The notes beneath the pieces were generated by a model. That model made no database searches. It worked only from the letters and a program-made list of their open reading frames with translations, and was not told the DNA's origin. Positions 62,820-64,000 of a stretch of 64,000 nucleotides of DNA are shown here, one piece after another. Each line of letters opens with the position of its first letter. The stretch's first letter is position 1. Position numbers and translations under genes: made by a program. Source of the stretch: Felis catus (lineage: Eukaryota); assembly GCF_018350175.1 (NCBI RefSeq), contig NC_058382.1:57414001-57478000 (forward strand), given 5' to 3'.

Positions 62820-63160
62820 TCGTTTTCTCTTTAAGTGAGAGAACAACTCTGTGCTTCCTAAATGCAGCCTGTTTGGCAGACAAATGTTCAAAGCCTGGGA
62901 TGCCCGGGGCGGCAAATCATAAAAGGAATCCTTCCTACGGGGGGAGGGGCCAGAATCTACCGTCCTCTGCGGGGCCCGGGGCTCCCTTCCAGAGCGAACA
63001 TTCTGTTCTAAAAGCAAGCCTCCTTCCCCTGTGAAACAGTACCTGGGATCTTAGCCACCCTGGAGGTGAAGACTCAGGGGGTGGGGGGAGGGATGGGGGG
63101 TGCTGCTTCTTGGAGGACCCTCTGTGATCACTCTTGAAGCGATCGTAATACGGTCCCGCA

Positions 63161-63174
63161 GTTGCCATAGCAAC
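63161..63174. promoter_or_regulatory. Canonical RFX X-box GTTGCCATAGCAAC
   Basis: 14-bp near-palindrome matching the RFX consensus, in apparently non-repeat DNA. Binding is not demonstrated. Confidence 0.55.
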
Positions 63175-63824
63175 TCCCCATCTGGGCTATTTAAATGAAA
63201 TATAGAAAGCATCTTCGGCTTCCAGCCTATCGTGGCTTTGAAGTGTGAACCCTTCATTCATTCAACACCTATCTACACGTGTCATCTCGAGGCCTCTGGT
63301 GGCGACTCAGAGGCTTACGGGGGTCAGACGGTTAATAGAAAGGACTTTTTATAAAAGGACAGGAGGGGATTAACCAAAAGTTGGGGCCTGTAGGGCCCTG
63401 CCAAGTGCACCTCCCCCACTCCCATCTGTACGGGCAGCCGTCTCAGGCCCAGCCCCTCCTTGCTCTGCAAGCATGTAATCCCGGCGTTACAGATCTTTTT
63501 TGGGTTTGTCAAGAATTGTTGAGAGCTGGGTTTGCCTGTGAAATCTTTCCATCTTAAAAAAACTGGCAACCGGTTCAACATTTGGAGCGGGGCTTCTGAG
63601 GACTGGTGTGCAGGTGGCGCACTGCATCACTCAGGGGTCACCTGCTAACGACTATACAACCGTCCAGAAGACAGCAACAATAGGCTGGCAGTTTTCGCTG
63701 ATGGGAAAAGGCATTCGCCATGTCCTAATAAGTGGAAAGAGCAGGTTACAAAAACATAAACAGAGCATAAGCTCTGTTTTGGAAAATAAAAATGTGTGCT
63801 CTGTGTGAAAAAGTCTGAAAGGCT

Positions 63825-64000
63825 GGGGGCGCCTGGGTGGCTCAGTGGGCTGGGCGTCCGACTTCGGGTCCGGTCATGATCTCACGGTTCGTGGATCAGG
63901 CCCCGCGTCGGGCTCTGTACTGATGGCTCAGAGCCTGGAGGCTGCTTTGGATTCTGCCTCTGTCTCTCTGCCCCTCCCCCGCTCAAGCGCACGCGCGCGC
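63825..64000 (+). mobile_element. CanSINE cut by the window end
   Basis: Head and body present. Confidence 0.85.

Noticed and set aside
31200..64000. COTL1, which I recall as the next syntenic gene
   Set aside because: No ADF-H/coactosin-like exon was recognised; it presumably lies beyond the window.

Overview
Mammalian (feliform, most likely felid) genomic DNA, GC-rich and dense in tRNA-Lys-derived carnivore SINEs of the cat type. It holds the last four coding exons of ATP2C2 (SPCA2 Ca2+/Mn2+ pump, + strand, stop at 2959-2961). It also holds the complete spliced CDS of MEAK7/TLDC1 (- strand, 7 coding exons, 1371 nt, 456 aa), arranged tail-to-tail with ATP2C2, with a probable GC-rich promoter at about 30.4-31.1 kb. 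The remaining ~33 kb is apparently intergenic: SINEs, L1 fragments, MaLR/MER21-type LTRs, hAT MITEs and a ~1.25 kb minisatellite with 49-50 bp units. Most ORFs in the supplied track are GC-rich noise. I found no convincing new multi-gene system. The best leads are a GC-AG intron in MEAK7, the higher-order minisatellite, a possible orphan 177-nt exon, repeated RFX X-boxes, a SINE tail apparently copied between neighbouring loci, a twin-primed L1, and inverted SINEs in the possible MEAK7 3' UTR. Gene and repeat names come from recognition from memory, not database searches. Repeat boundaries are approximate.
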